DNA from: a virus
Taxonomy: Duplodnaviria > Caudoviricetes
DNA: 54,055 bases
Virus record (IMG/VR): IMGVR_UViG_3300017565_000023
Location: 1-54,055 of that record
Direction: 5' to 3' (one strand)
Shown here: in pieces, positions 19,863 through 29,395 of the stretch
Numbering within the stretch: the stretch's first letter is position 1
Layout of the letters: every line of letters begins with the position of its first letter
Notes under the pieces: model-generated
What the model saw: only the letters and a program-made list of their open reading frames with translations
What the model was told of the DNA's origin: nothing
The model's database searches: none
Translations under genes and position numbers: made by a program

Positions 19863-20245
19863 CCCCGGTTGTTCTGGGCGTCAGGCATGATGAACCTGTC
19901 GCGTCCATCGGGCTGGAATGGCAGCTCGTTGGCGTCCTCGATGTAGGCGACCAGCGGCGCTGTCATGATGTCCAGCGCGTCCTCCACCACGACGATGAAC
20001 TGCACGGGCTCGAAGCCAAGCGGCGCGACAAAGCGCACGGCGTCAGCCTTGGCCCAGCCCTGATCCACCTGCAGCCCGGTCATCAGCTCGCTGACGGCGA
20101 TGGGCGTCAGGCCGATGTCAGACACATGCAGGTGTGTCAGCAGCGGCACGTAGCCGGCTCCGAACGCGACAAGGCGCTTGGGCGTTGCCCAGTTGAAATC
20201 GCCGTTCAGCATGGCGTTGCAGGCGACGTCATAGAGGAAGTTCAT
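19847..20245 (-). CDS. Virion-module hypothetical protein
   Basis: Start MNFLYDVACNAMLNGDFNW at 20245, overlapping the upstream stop. Confidence 0.65.
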   Translation of the reverse strand: MNFLYDVACNAMLNGDFNWATPKRLVAFGAGYVPLLTHLHVSDIGLTPIAVSELMTGLQVDQGWAKADAVRFVAPLGFEPVQFIVVVEDALDIMTAPLVAYIEDANELPFQPDGRDRFIMPDAQNNRGWIRP

Positions 20246-20928
20246 GAGCGAAACCCTCCATTGGTCACCACAGCTCCACCGTAGAACGGGCCATAGACGA
20301 CATCGCCGCGCGCCGTATTCATGCCGCCCCGGAAGCGCTGGGCGTGGTATTGCGCCAGCGTCTTGTCGGAGTAGGGCCGCGACGGCTGGGCCATCATGCG
20401 CCAAAGCACGCCATCCACGAAGTGCATGCGGTAGCGGTCCACGAACCAGTCGGGCATGAAGTCCAGCGGGTTGTCCTCGTTGCTGCAGCCGCGCGATGGC
20501 TTCAGCGCCAGCCGCATCTTCATCGGCGTTTCGGTTGCAGCGGCCGTCGGCGGCGTCGTCACCGTGATGTATTCCGGCGAATAGATCACGTAGGCGATCA
20601 TGGTGTCGGACGGGGAGAACACGGCGCTGTCGCCGTCCAGCTCGCCCCGGATGCGGCCACGCATGGAGATGCTGCCCGGGTCAGTCTCGCGCAGGCGGAT
20701 ACCCCGATGGGTAGCGTCGATGATGCGCACCAGCGCGGCGCCGGACGGGACCGGAATGGAATACTGGATCACGTCCTCGGTCAGGACCAGCTCGACATCT
20801 TCCTGCCAGCTGTTGGTCTTAGTGCAGAACTCGTCAAGCACGTTCCATATGGCGAGGTTCACCGCGGGGACAACAGCACCCGGCAGCTGGGAGATGATCT
20901 CCTCCAGAACAGCTTCACTGTAGCTCAT
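20242..20928 (-). CDS. Tail adaptor / tail tubular protein A-like
   Basis: EFCTKTNSWQ...GVLWRMMAQPSRPYSD pattern; follows the capsid and adaptor genes. Confidence 0.7.
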   Translation of the reverse strand: MSYSEAVLEEIISQLPGAVVPAVNLAIWNVLDEFCTKTNSWQEDVELVLTEDVIQYSIPVPSGAALVRIIDATHRGIRLRETDPGSISMRGRIRGELDGDSAVFSPSDTMIAYVIYSPEYITVTTPPTAAATETPMKMRLALKPSRGCSNEDNPLDFMPDWFVDRYRMHFVDGVLWRMMAQPSRPYSDKTLAQYHAQRFRGGMNTARGDVVYGPFYGGAVVTNGGFRS

Positions 20929-20935
20929 GCCGGCC

Positions 20936-21280
20936 TCACGATGCGATCTGCAGCATCTGGGCTGTGAACTTGTTCAGCAGCACAGTTGCGCGGGCGTCAG
21001 TGGTGTTCTCGTCGTCGCGCAGGTAGGCGCGGCCCGAGACGTAATAGACGACGGCGGGACGGTACATCGGTTCAAAGTTGAACGGATTGCCGGCGGCCAG
21101 CGTCGTGTAGGTGAACATGCTTCCGAGGAACAGATCAGGGCGCAGGCGGCGGGCCTCCAGCATCGCCATGTTCAGATGCGAGACCAGCTCGTCATCCGAA
21201 TAGCGGTAGGGCTCCATCGTGTCCTGCAGCTCGATCCGGGCCGCCTTCACCACGTCGTTTACTGTGTCCAGCGGTCCCAT
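20936..21280 (-). CDS. Head-tail adaptor-like protein
   Basis: ARIELQD...YRYSDDELVSHLN...RPDLF motif; directly after the capsid gene. Confidence 0.7.
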   Translation of the reverse strand: MGPLDTVNDVVKAARIELQDTMEPYRYSDDELVSHLNMAMLEARRLRPDLFLGSMFTYTTLAAGNPFNFEPMYRPAVVYYVSGRAYLRDDENTTDARATVLLNKFTAQMLQIAS

Positions 21281-21302
21281 ACATGCCTCCAGATACGCAT
21301 AA

Positions 21303-21329
21303 GGCGAGTTACCCGGAAGGTAACCCGCC
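21303..21329 (-). terminator. Stem-loop after the major capsid gene, built on a TACC-N5-GGTA site
   Basis: GGCGAGTTACC-CGGAA-GGTAACCCGCC; only a weak U-tract (TTAT) on the minus strand. Confidence 0.4.
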
Positions 21330-21365
21330 CCATGGCTTTACATACGGCGGGATGCGCCGCGAGGC

Positions 21366-22343
21366 TTACTGCGCGACGATGGCCTGCACCAGCGCCTTGG
21401 GCTCCAGCACCTCGTGCCCGAACACCTGCAGGCCGCGCAGGAGCGTGCCGAAGGTGCTTTCAGACTTGAGGGTCTCGACCTGCGTCAGCTGCGTGGCGAA
21501 GGTGAGCGCGTGGCGGTGGCCGGCGTACATGACGAACTCGCCAGCCTGCAGGCTCGCAGCCGTGCCCGAAGGGAGCAGGTTGCTGACATACAGGGTGAAG
21601 CGGTCGATCTGGCCCAGCCGCCCATTGCGGAGGATGCTGGAGCCGTCGCCGGTCAGCGAGGCGTCGCGCAGTTCGGAGCGCTTGATCAGCGAGGCCACCC
21701 ACGAAGGAATGATCAGATAGCGATCGGTTCCCGGGATGTTCTGCTCGTCAAGCGCCTGACCCATGCGAACGATCAGGTCGACAATCTCGACCTCGCCAGT
21801 TGCGGGCTGGCGGGCCACCACCGACAGTGGCGTGCCGGTCGCGCCAAGGTTGATACTGGCCGAGATGGCGCCAGCGGCGACACCACGGTTGGCTGCGGCC
21901 GCCTTGTTGAGCATGGCCAGCAGAACTTCAGTATCAATCTTGATCTTCATCTGCTCGGACGCGTCGTCCGCAAACAGCGACATCAGGTTGATGTCAGCCT
22001 GCACGCGCATAACGTCGTCAAGGATCAGGTTGAAGTACTTGCCCTTGTCGATGAGCAGGGTGACCGTGCCGGCCGACGGACGATCCACGGTAAGGTTCTG
22101 GTTGGCGGCGTAGTCACGAATGTCGATCGTGGGACGCTGCCGGATGATGACCTTGTCACCGTGGTTCTTGATCTCGCCCTCGTAGTCCGTGTTGGACACG
22201 GCGGCGAGAACAGTGGCCGCGTAGAACTTCTCCAGCAGCTTGCCCGACCAGATTTCGGGAATGAAGGTGCCGGAATACGGCGGGGCCGGCGAAGCCGAAC
22301 CCGACGGAAAGATGTTGCCAGCTGTTGCGAGAGGAAAAGACAT
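21366..22343 (-). CDS. Major capsid protein
   Basis: FIPEIWSGKLLEKFY...NTDYEGEIKNHGDKV...RGLQVFG; 325 aa; follows the scaffold. Confidence 0.92.
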   Translation of the reverse strand: MSFPLATAGNIFPSGSASPAPPYSGTFIPEIWSGKLLEKFYAATVLAAVSNTDYEGEIKNHGDKVIIRQRPTIDIRDYAANQNLTVDRPSAGTVTLLIDKGKYFNLILDDVMRVQADINLMSLFADDASEQMKIKIDTEVLLAMLNKAAAANRGVAAGAISASINLGATGTPLSVVARQPATGEVEIVDLIVRMGQALDEQNIPGTDRYLIIPSWVASLIKRSELRDASLTGDGSSILRNGRLGQIDRFTLYVSNLLPSGTAASLQAGEFVMYAGHRHALTFATQLTQVETLKSESTFGTLLRGLQVFGHEVLEPKALVQAIVAQ

Positions 22344-22369
22344 CGTCGTTCAGTCCTGCTGCGAGAGAA

Positions 22370-23392
22370 TTACTGGACCCGACCCTCTTTCTGCGCAGCG
22401 AAGATGGCTTCTTCCACCTTGTTCGCTTCCGCTTCACGCCCAGCAAATTCACCCCGCGCTTTGCGGTCGTAAAATTCCTTGACGTAGGCTCGGGAGAAAA
22501 TGGGTTTGTCGGCAGGGCTCGCGGCGGGCGCTGCTGGCTGTGGCCTTCCGGGCGCCGCCAGACTTTCCAGCGGGATTTTCTCCGGCTGGGTGGTCTGCGG
22601 GGTCTGCGGGGCCTGACCAGTCTCCTTGAGGAAACTGGTGAAGAACGCGAGGACACTGGGTCCACTGTTCTTGTTCCACTGATTTTGGATCATAGCTTGT
22701 CTGATTTGTCCAGACAAGGGGTCAGCAAAAGACAACCAGCGGATAAAATCCTGATTGTTGTTGAGCTGGCGCCACTCCGGTAGCTCGGTATCCAGATGAT
22801 CCAGCATGCGCTGGTAGGCGCTCTGGCTCTGGGTGCGACTGGCGTTCTCCTGCTCGGCGCGCAGCCGCTCAATCTCGCGCTGCTGGCGCTCCACGATTGG
22901 CCGCATGGTCTCCGCCGTCTTGCGCTCGATCAGCGAAATGACCTCCGGGCCAAAGTCGTCAGCCATCTCCTTGCTCACCGGCTCCAGATCGAGCGAGGCA
23001 AGGATGTCGTTCTCCGGTGGCGTGGCAGCACGTTGGCTCTCCAGCGCGCGGAGGCGGTCCTCCATCTGCCGCAGGTTTTCGTTCTGCGCCTGAATGGTGC
23101 GCTCGGCGGCCTCGTAGCGGCCACGCATGGAATTGTAGCGATGCTCCCAGTTCTCCGGCTGCTGGGCCGGCGGGGGCGCCTCGGGGACAGGCGGGGGCGC
23201 CGGCGGTGTCGCCTCGGGCGTCTGCTGTGCCGGCGGCGTGGGATCATTGGCGGGAGGCGGCGTGGTGGCGTCCGGGGCCGGCGGGGTTACCTCGGGGGTA
23301 GCCGGCGCGTTGGCCTGCTGCATCAGGGCATTGGCGCGCTCGGCGGCGGCGCGGACTGCGGGCGGGAGAGGCGTGGCAAACTGTTCGGTCAT
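22370..23392 (-). CDS. Capsid scaffolding protein
   Basis: Pro-rich N-terminus, coiled coils, WEHRYNSMRGRY, C-terminal IFAAQKEGRV; directly upstream of the capsid. Start at 23392 inferred. Confidence 0.75.
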   Translation of the reverse strand: MTEQFATPLPPAVRAAAERANALMQQANAPATPEVTPPAPDATTPPPANDPTPPAQQTPEATPPAPPPVPEAPPPAQQPENWEHRYNSMRGRYEAAERTIQAQNENLRQMEDRLRALESQRAATPPENDILASLDLEPVSKEMADDFGPEVISLIERKTAETMRPIVERQQREIERLRAEQENASRTQSQSAYQRMLDHLDTELPEWRQLNNNQDFIRWLSFADPLSGQIRQAMIQNQWNKNSGPSVLAFFTSFLKETGQAPQTPQTTQPEKIPLESLAAPGRPQPAAPAASPADKPIFSRAYVKEFYDRKARGEFAGREAEANKVEEAIFAAQKEGRVQ

Positions 23393-23628
23393 TTTTTCAC
23401 CTGCAATGCGGCAGCGAGCTGATGCGCATCCCGCACGATCCGGGTCACGGTCTGCCATGCAGCAGCCTGACCTTGCGTGCGCAGAAGGGCGTCCCCCGGT
23501 GCGGCAACGAGATTGTCTTTTGCCTGCTCAAGGCAGGCGTCAAGCGCCGCCCCAAAATCAGCGTACTGACTTGGGGAGACGCGGCGCAGCTCCTCCGCTG
23601 CGATGGCCAGTCGGTCCAGCGGCTTCAT
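23389..23628 (-). CDS. Hypothetical protein between portal and scaffold
   Basis: 79 aa, LLRTQGQAAAW motif; coupled to both neighbours. Confidence 0.65.
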   Translation of the reverse strand: MKPLDRLAIAAEELRRVSPSQYADFGAALDACLEQAKDNLVAAPGDALLRTQGQAAAWQTVTRIVRDAHQLAAALQVKK

Positions 23629-23825
23629 CGGCCGGTGAACATCAGCGGCGGCATGTTCATGCCCGCTTCCAGACTGTCCCCGCCGCCCCGCTTGGCGGCC
23701 TTCTTGGCGTAGTTGCCCATGTGGCGGTCCAGTGGATCGCCGCCGGTCACCGTGGCCTTGGTGAAGCGGCTCTGAAGCTGTTCGCTTTTGAGCCCCTTAT
23801 TCTCGACCTTGGTTGGCTTAGACAT
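23625..23825 (-). CDS. Small basic hypothetical protein
   Basis: MSKPTKVENK start with GAGGAGG Shine-Dalgarno. Confidence 0.6.
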   Translation of the reverse strand: MSKPTKVENKGLKSEQLQSRFTKATVTGGDPLDRHMGNYAKKAAKRGGGDSLEAGMNMPPLMFTGR

Positions 23826-24060
23826 TGTAGTCCTCCTCGGTAAAGCCAGTTGTTCCGTAGGAGACGTTGAAATCGCCAGCGGCCTTGTTGTAGTCCGTCT
23901 TGCGATTACCGCCACGCGGCGCAGTCAATGGCTTTCCCTGCGGCGTAGATACAGATAACCCGCCCGTGGCTTTATTGACCACAGAGCGGGTTCCTTTGGC
24001 ATACGCCGAATGGTATGCCCTGCGCCCAGCGCCGGCCCCAGCTTTGGGGACCCGCGCCAT
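23818..24060 (-). CDS. Small basic Gly/Lys-rich protein
   Basis: 80 aa, coupled to both neighbours. Confidence 0.6.
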   Translation of the reverse strand: MARVPKAGAGAGRRAYHSAYAKGTRSVVNKATGGLSVSTPQGKPLTAPRGGNRKTDYNKAAGDFNVSYGTTGFTEEDYNV

Positions 24061-24287
24061 TACTTGATCGAGACGCCGGGCTTGGCGGCGGAAGCGGACT
24101 GCTTGCCGAAGCCGCGGCCCTTGCCGCCAGCGGCGAACTTGCCGGTGGAGCCACCGCCCTTGGTCTCGGACACGCCGGGCGCCTGCTTGGCGACCTTGGT
24201 GTTGCCGATGGGCGCCTTGCCGCCGCCACTGGCGAACGGCGCGCGCTTGCTGGACGACTTCATCTTGCCATCAACATTCTTGGCCAT
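24060..24287 (-). CDS. Small basic Gly/Lys-rich protein with two FAxGG motifs
   Basis: 75 aa; FASGG and FAAGG; GGAG Shine-Dalgarno. Confidence 0.65.
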   Translation of the reverse strand: MAKNVDGKMKSSSKRAPFASGGGKAPIGNTKVAKQAPGVSETKGGGSTGKFAAGGKGRGFGKQSASAAKPGVSIK

Positions 24288-24299
24288 GTTACTCTCCGA

Positions 24300-24650
24300 T
24301 CAAGCAACAGGCCCAATGCTGTTGCTGGTTGCAGTCACCGTACCGGCGGCGTTGGAGGCGGTTACCTCGCAGGTAATCTGCTTTCCAGCATCCCCAGATA
24401 CGAGAACATACGTGCTCGCCACGGCGCCGGCAATGGTAACGCCGCCAGCTTTCCATTGGAACGTGGTGACCACCGGCGTGGTGGAGTTGACCACCGGCGG
24501 CGCCAGCGTCAGCGTCTGGCCGACGGTTGCAGTGCCAGTGATGGCCGGCGTCGACGCGAATGACGGCATGGCGGCCGGGTTGCCCACGTCCACCTCGCCG
24601 GCGCTGTCGATGCCCTGAATTTCGCGCAGGTGGCGCTGTGAACGTCCCAT
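24300..24650 (-). CDS. Ig-like domain virion protein
   Basis: PAITGTATVGQTLT...FQW...STYVLVSGDAGKQITCEVTASN is an Ig-like pattern. Confidence 0.7.
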   Translation of the reverse strand: MGRSQRHLREIQGIDSAGEVDVGNPAAMPSFASTPAITGTATVGQTLTLAPPVVNSTTPVVTTFQWKAGGVTIAGAVASTYVLVSGDAGKQITCEVTASNAAGTVTATSNSIGPVA

Positions 24651-24663
24651 TGGCTTTCTCCTG

Positions 24664-26760
24664 TCAGGCCATGCCGCGCATGGCGTTCGCGTCTTCTACC
24701 CCCGGCGCGCCGGAGCTTGGTTTGGCCTGCGGCGGTCCACCGTTTGGTCCCGGGCCGTTGCCGGGCGGCTGACCGGGCTGGCCCGGCTGCGCGCCGGCCT
24801 GCATCATGGCCATCTGCTGGGCCTGCTGCTGGCGCATCTGCGAGGCGATGTCTTCCTCGCTGGGCACCACGTCGTCGCCGAGACCAAGGTTGGCGGAGAC
24901 GCCGCGCAGCACCGACGCCCGGCCCTGCTTCCCGATAATGTCCATGTCGATCGGGTTGGCGGTCGCCTGCAGGAACTCCAGCTGGCGCTGGCGGTTGGTC
25001 TCGCGCTGCACCACGACGTTGACGCCGCGCACCACGATCTTCTCGTCGCCGCGCAGGATGCCCGTGGTGTCGGTCAGCATGATCATGTCGTAAAGCGACT
25101 GCAGCAGCGGCTCGACAATGTCGCGGTCAATGTTGGAGGCCACGGTCTGCAGCACCTTGCCGGCGTTGCCCATGAGCATGGCCAGCCCGGACGACGTGCG
25201 CGCGGCGCCGCCGATGCGGTCGGAGCCGGTGACATAGCGCGGGATCGCCGACAGCTCGTCAGCCATCTGGGTGAACTTCTCGTAAACGCCCAGCAGCTCG
25301 TTGGCGTTGCTCGACGGCTGAAAGAACTCGATTGGTTTCTGCGCCGTGCTCTGGGACATGGGGTCATCGACCACCAGCCATATCTTCCACGGGTGCATCA
25401 CCTTGACGTCGGCGCCGGGGTGCAGGCGGTCCTGATTGACGCTGACCATCGGGCCCGACGACATGGACATGTTGTTGACCAGCGCGCGTAGGGTGCTGTT
25501 GCAGACATCCTGCACGTCAGACAGGATGTCGGTCAGGCAGTTGCCCACCGGCGTGCCCGGAACCTTCTCGAACGAGGAGACGTAATAGGGGTGGCGCTTG
25601 CGTGGCGACGGGTGCAGCTGCGCCTTGATCACGTAGCGGCCGATCTGCCAAATCTGGACGAAGTAGTCGCGCGTTTCGTCCGGCACGTCCTTGGCGCTCA
25701 TGCCATACTGGCGCAGCATCTTGCCTTGGATGTTGCCGTGAAACTCCAGACAGTCGATCAGGCCGGAGCGGTTCCAGATCGGGTTCTCGCGGCTTTCATT
25801 CTGGGCGCGCTCGGTGTCCGTCGGATCGTCGTATTCCGTGTAGCCGTTTGCGTATTCGGTCAGGACGGCCTTGACGTTGTCGTGGTTGTATCCCGGCAGG
25901 TCGAGCAGGTCATTCAGCGAAGCGCGCGTCAGGCGCAGCTTCTCAATCATGTTGGCGTCCTGAATGTCAGACACGCCGGGTGTCCAGTAAATGTCGAACG
26001 GGCTGATGCGGTCCCAGAACAGCCGCGGCTTCTGCTGCATGGTGGCCTGCCCGTTGACCCACGTCAGCGACGGCACGATGCGGACTGTCGGCCCCTTCAT
26101 GACCACGTAGGGGAACATGGGGATGTCGAACAGCACCTCCGCCAGCGCCTTGTAGAAGCCGCCCTCGGACAGGATGTCGTCAATCCGGCGCTCGGCCTTG
26201 GCGGCCTCCTCCTTGGCCTTCTTGCGGCTGGCGCGCGCCGCGCCGTCCAGGAGGCCGTTGATCCGGTCCTGCACCATGCGCTGGTCGATCTGCGCGCCCT
26301 GCTGCTGGGCCTGCTGCAGCTCCACGTTCACCAGCTCGCGGATGTCCGAATAGATGTCGTCGGGCAGCGTCGGCTCCGGCGTCGCTTCAATGCCCCACGG
26401 GCGCTCCTGCCCCAGATAGACGTCGCGCAGCATCGCGTAGGCGCCGCGGCTCTTGGCTGAAATGATGCGGGCGTAAATGTCGGAGCCGCCGAACTGCTTG
26501 ATCTGCGCCAGTTTGACCGGGTCATATTCGCCGATGAAGGCGCGCTGCGCTTCCAGCAGGCGGTCGTTCCAGCCGGCAGCAGATGAGCGGTGGTTGCGCA
26601 TCATCTCGAACTCGGTGCGGACGTGCGCGGCCAGATCATCCTCGGTGCGCGTGCTCAGACTGTCGGTCACAGCGCGCTCGCGCTCAACCTTCTGGCGGTC
26701 CTCCTCCGCTTGCCGCTGTGCGACCTGCTCGGGGGTAAGGATTGCAAGTGCCTGCGCCAT
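24664..26760 (-). CDS. Portal protein
   Basis: 698 aa from ATG 26760; GAARTSSGLAMLMGNA motif, Gln/Pro-rich tail; first gene of the head module. Confidence 0.88.
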   Translation of the reverse strand: MAQALAILTPEQVAQRQAEEDRQKVERERAVTDSLSTRTEDDLAAHVRTEFEMMRNHRSSAAGWNDRLLEAQRAFIGEYDPVKLAQIKQFGGSDIYARIISAKSRGAYAMLRDVYLGQERPWGIEATPEPTLPDDIYSDIRELVNVELQQAQQQGAQIDQRMVQDRINGLLDGAARASRKKAKEEAAKAERRIDDILSEGGFYKALAEVLFDIPMFPYVVMKGPTVRIVPSLTWVNGQATMQQKPRLFWDRISPFDIYWTPGVSDIQDANMIEKLRLTRASLNDLLDLPGYNHDNVKAVLTEYANGYTEYDDPTDTERAQNESRENPIWNRSGLIDCLEFHGNIQGKMLRQYGMSAKDVPDETRDYFVQIWQIGRYVIKAQLHPSPRKRHPYYVSSFEKVPGTPVGNCLTDILSDVQDVCNSTLRALVNNMSMSSGPMVSVNQDRLHPGADVKVMHPWKIWLVVDDPMSQSTAQKPIEFFQPSSNANELLGVYEKFTQMADELSAIPRYVTGSDRIGGAARTSSGLAMLMGNAGKVLQTVASNIDRDIVEPLLQSLYDMIMLTDTTGILRGDEKIVVRGVNVVVQRETNRQRQLEFLQATANPIDMDIIGKQGRASVLRGVSANLGLGDDVVPSEEDIASQMRQQQAQQMAMMQAGAQPGQPGQPPGNGPGPNGGPPQAKPSSGAPGVEDANAMRGMA

Positions 26761-26837
26761 CTGGATGAACTCGCCCCTGTTGGTTACATTACTGGCAGCT
26801 ACCCAAGCATTAACACATCTCGGCGTCAGGAAACCAT

Positions 26838-27371
26838 ATGCCAGACGAAACTCAAATCTCCCCACGCGCCAAGGCGATGGAGCGTCGCGAGGAGCACGGT
26901 CTCATGACCGGGGACTTCCTGCACCGCGATGATATTGTGCGCTCGCTCGCCCGCGACGTCGCCATGGACATCGCCGACCTCGACACCATTCTGGCTACCC
27001 ACAAGGTAACCCTTGAGCAGTTCAACGCCCTGCGGATCACGCCGCGCTTCATCGGCTATCTGGAGGAGGCGGTCGCGACGTGGAATGGCGTCGGCAACAC
27101 CAAGGAGCGGATCAAGGCCAAGGCGCTCGCCATGGTGGAGGAGGCGCTGCCTGAAATGTATGCGGCGCTGGTCAGCCCCTTTCAGCAGCTCAACCACCGC
27201 GTCGCCCTGCTGCAGCAGGTCACCCGGCTGGCCGGCGTCGGCGCGGCGCCGCTGGATGGTGAGGCGGACCTCGCCAGCAAGGTGTCGATCACCATCAATA
27301 TGGGCGATGGCAAGGCAGTCAGCGTCACACAGGAGCGGCCGCGCATTATCGAGGGGTCGTTCGATGAGTAA
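26838..27371 (+). CDS. Terminase small subunit (putative)
   Basis: Helical protein with C-terminal KVSITINMG; upstream of terL; start uncertain. Confidence 0.6.
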   Translation: MPDETQISPRAKAMERREEHGLMTGDFLHRDDIVRSLARDVAMDIADLDTILATHKVTLEQFNALRITPRFIGYLEEAVATWNGVGNTKERIKAKALAMVEEALPEMYAALVSPFQQLNHRVALLQQVTRLAGVGAAPLDGEADLASKVSITINMGDGKAVSVTQERPRIIEGSFDE

Positions 27372-27615
27372 TATCCTGCATTTCCCCAACATAAAGATCG
27401 TTCCTGAAACAGAGCATATACCTGTTGCCACTGTTTTGGAGGGTGTTAGCGAAGGCAACTTCGATGAGATAGTTGTTTTTGCGCGCAAAGATAATGGAGA
27501 TGGTTCATTCTCCTGTGCTGTATTTACTTCTGTTGGTGGGCCAAGGGACCTATTGCTTTTGTTGGAGATAGCAAAAGCCAGAATAATTGACGAGTACACA
27601 GGGTGCGATGAATGA
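27364..27615 (+). CDS. Hypothetical protein (low GC) between terS and terL
   Basis: MSNILHFP..., 83 aa, overlaps both neighbours, visibly more AT-rich. Confidence 0.65.
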   Translation: MSNILHFPNIKIVPETEHIPVATVLEGVSEGNFDEIVVFARKDNGDGSFSCAVFTSVGGPRDLLLLLEIAKARIIDEYTGCDE

Positions 27616-29078
27616 CCACGATCAACTATGACGCCCCGCCCACCGTGGCGCAGTTCATGCGCAGTCCGGCGCCGTTCCGCCTGATCGCCGGGCCGGTCGG
27701 GTCCGGCAAGACGACGGGCTGCATCTTCGAGTTTCTGCGCCGCGCCTGCGAGCAGACGAAGGCGCCGGACGGCCTGCGCTACACGCGCTTCGCCATCGTC
27801 CGCCAGACGCTGAAGCAGCTGAAGGACACCGTGCTGAAGGACATCCTGTTTTTCATGAGCGGTCTCGCCACCTACAAGGTTTCCGACACCAAGGTGGAAA
27901 TCGAGTTTGGCGACGTGCGCAGCGAATGGCTGCTGATCCCGCTGGATGACCCGGAGGACCAGCGGCGCCTGCTGTCGTCGCAGCTGACCGGCGCGTGGAT
28001 GTCGGAGTGCATCGAGATCGACATTGGCCTTGTGCCGGCGCTGCAGGGGCGCTGCGGCCGCTTCCCCTCGGCGCTGCAGGGAGGCTGCACATGGTTTGGC
28101 GTCATTGCCGACACCAACTTCCCATCTGAGGGCTCACCGTGGCACAACGCCATGGAAATTGAAGTGCCCAAGGACTGGGAAATCTTCAAGCAGCCGGGCG
28201 GACTGGAGCCGGGCGCGGAGAACCTGTGCTGGCTGACGCAGACGCCGGAGACGCTGGTGCTGCCGGTCGATGACCCGGTGCGGCTGGCGCAGGGCCGGAC
28301 CTATTATGAGCGGCTGGCGCGCACGCCCAACGAGGACTGGGTGCGCCGCTATGTCCACGCCCAGTATGGCAACGATCCGTCCGGCAGCGCCGTGTTTGGC
28401 TCCAGCTTCAAGCGAACCTTCCACGTCACGGCCCACAATGACGAACTGTTCCCGGTGCCCGGCTATCCGCTGATCATCGCGCAGGACTTTGGCCGCAACC
28501 CGTGCTCGCTGATTGCCCAGATCGACCACCGCGGCAGGTTGTTGGTCTTCGAGGAAGTGCTGGGGATTGACATCGGTCTGGAGAACCACCTGCGGACCAA
28601 TCTCCGGCCACGGATGGCGCAGGTCAAATATCTCGGCTTCGCCGTCTACCTGATCGGCGACCCGTCGGGCAAGGCGCGCTCCTCCCATTACGAGGAGACG
28701 TCGTTCGACCTGTGCCAGCGCGCCGGCTTCAACTCCTATCCGGCCCCGACCAACAACCTCGACAAGCGCCTGCGCGCGACGGAAGCCATGCTGCTGTCGC
28801 AGAGCGACGGCGGCCCGCGACTGCTGATTGACGGCCAGCGCTGCCCTTCTCTGGTGCTCGCCATGAACGGTAGCTATCGCTACGCCACCAAGACCAACGG
28901 GCAGCTGGCGCCGACGCCGGAGAAAAAGCATCCGTGGTCCGACCTCGCCGATGACCTGCAGTATCTGTCGCTGGTTGCGCACGGCGAGGCGACTGGCTAT
29001 TATGCCCGCAGGCTTGGTATCGGGTCCGCCGCATCGCAAAACAGCCCCCCAGCCCCTCACGCAATGGGGTGGACCTGA
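27612..29078 (+). CDS. terL: Terminase large subunit
   Basis: Walker A GPVGSGKT, Walker-B-like WMSE, DTN coupling motif, nuclease QDFGRNP and HPWSDLADDLQY. Confidence 0.95.
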   Translation: MTTINYDAPPTVAQFMRSPAPFRLIAGPVGSGKTTGCIFEFLRRACEQTKAPDGLRYTRFAIVRQTLKQLKDTVLKDILFFMSGLATYKVSDTKVEIEFGDVRSEWLLIPLDDPEDQRRLLSSQLTGAWMSECIEIDIGLVPALQGRCGRFPSALQGGCTWFGVIADTNFPSEGSPWHNAMEIEVPKDWEIFKQPGGLEPGAENLCWLTQTPETLVLPVDDPVRLAQGRTYYERLARTPNEDWVRRYVHAQYGNDPSGSAVFGSSFKRTFHVTAHNDELFPVPGYPLIIAQDFGRNPCSLIAQIDHRGRLLVFEEVLGIDIGLENHLRTNLRPRMAQVKYLGFAVYLIGDPSGKARSSHYEETSFDLCQRAGFNSYPAPTNNLDKRLRATEAMLLSQSDGGPRLLIDGQRCPSLVLAMNGSYRYATKTNGQLAPTPEKKHPWSDLADDLQYLSLVAHGEATGYYARRLGIGSAASQNSPPAPHAMGWT

Positions 29079-29137
29079 TACCAGCCGTATGCCATATTGC
29101 TGCCGTTGCTGCCGTTTATCTCCTTTTTCGCCACATG

Positions 29138-29167
29138 ATAAAGGCCCCTTCCCGGAGGGGCCTTTAT
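29138..29167. terminator. Bidirectional intrinsic terminator
   Basis: ATAAAGGCCCCT-tcccgg-AGGGGCCTTTAT between the convergent terL and AlpA-like genes, T-rich on both sides. Confidence 0.85.
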
Positions 29168-29377
29168 TCATTTTGGCTCTATCTCTGCGACCCAGAGAAG
29201 GATGTCTGCCCGGGAGTAGAGAACACAGTCCCCGCTGACCACAACAGGCTTGGGGAACTTCTTGTTCTTCACCCACCAGTCGCGCAAGGTGCGCTCGGCG
29301 ACATTGAACATATTGGCCAAATCCTTGATATGGATCAGCCCGAACTCTTTCTGTAGCGGTGTCGTAACTTCACTCAT
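29168..29377 (-). CDS. AlpA/excisionase-like HTH DNA-binding protein
   Basis: LIHIKDLANMFNVAERTLRDW...FPKP...YSRADILLW. Confidence 0.8.
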   Translation of the reverse strand: MSEVTTPLQKEFGLIHIKDLANMFNVAERTLRDWWVKNKKFPKPVVVSGDCVLYSRADILLWVAEIEPK

Positions 29378-29395
29378 TCTTTACCTCCGGGGTAA

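Noticed and set aside
151-26460. Many long plus-strand ORFs in the track over the structural module (e.g. 3618-5042, 4834-6309, 21414-22472)
   Set aside because: Antisense shadows of GC-rich minus-strand genes with recognisable motifs; they carry no motifs of their own.
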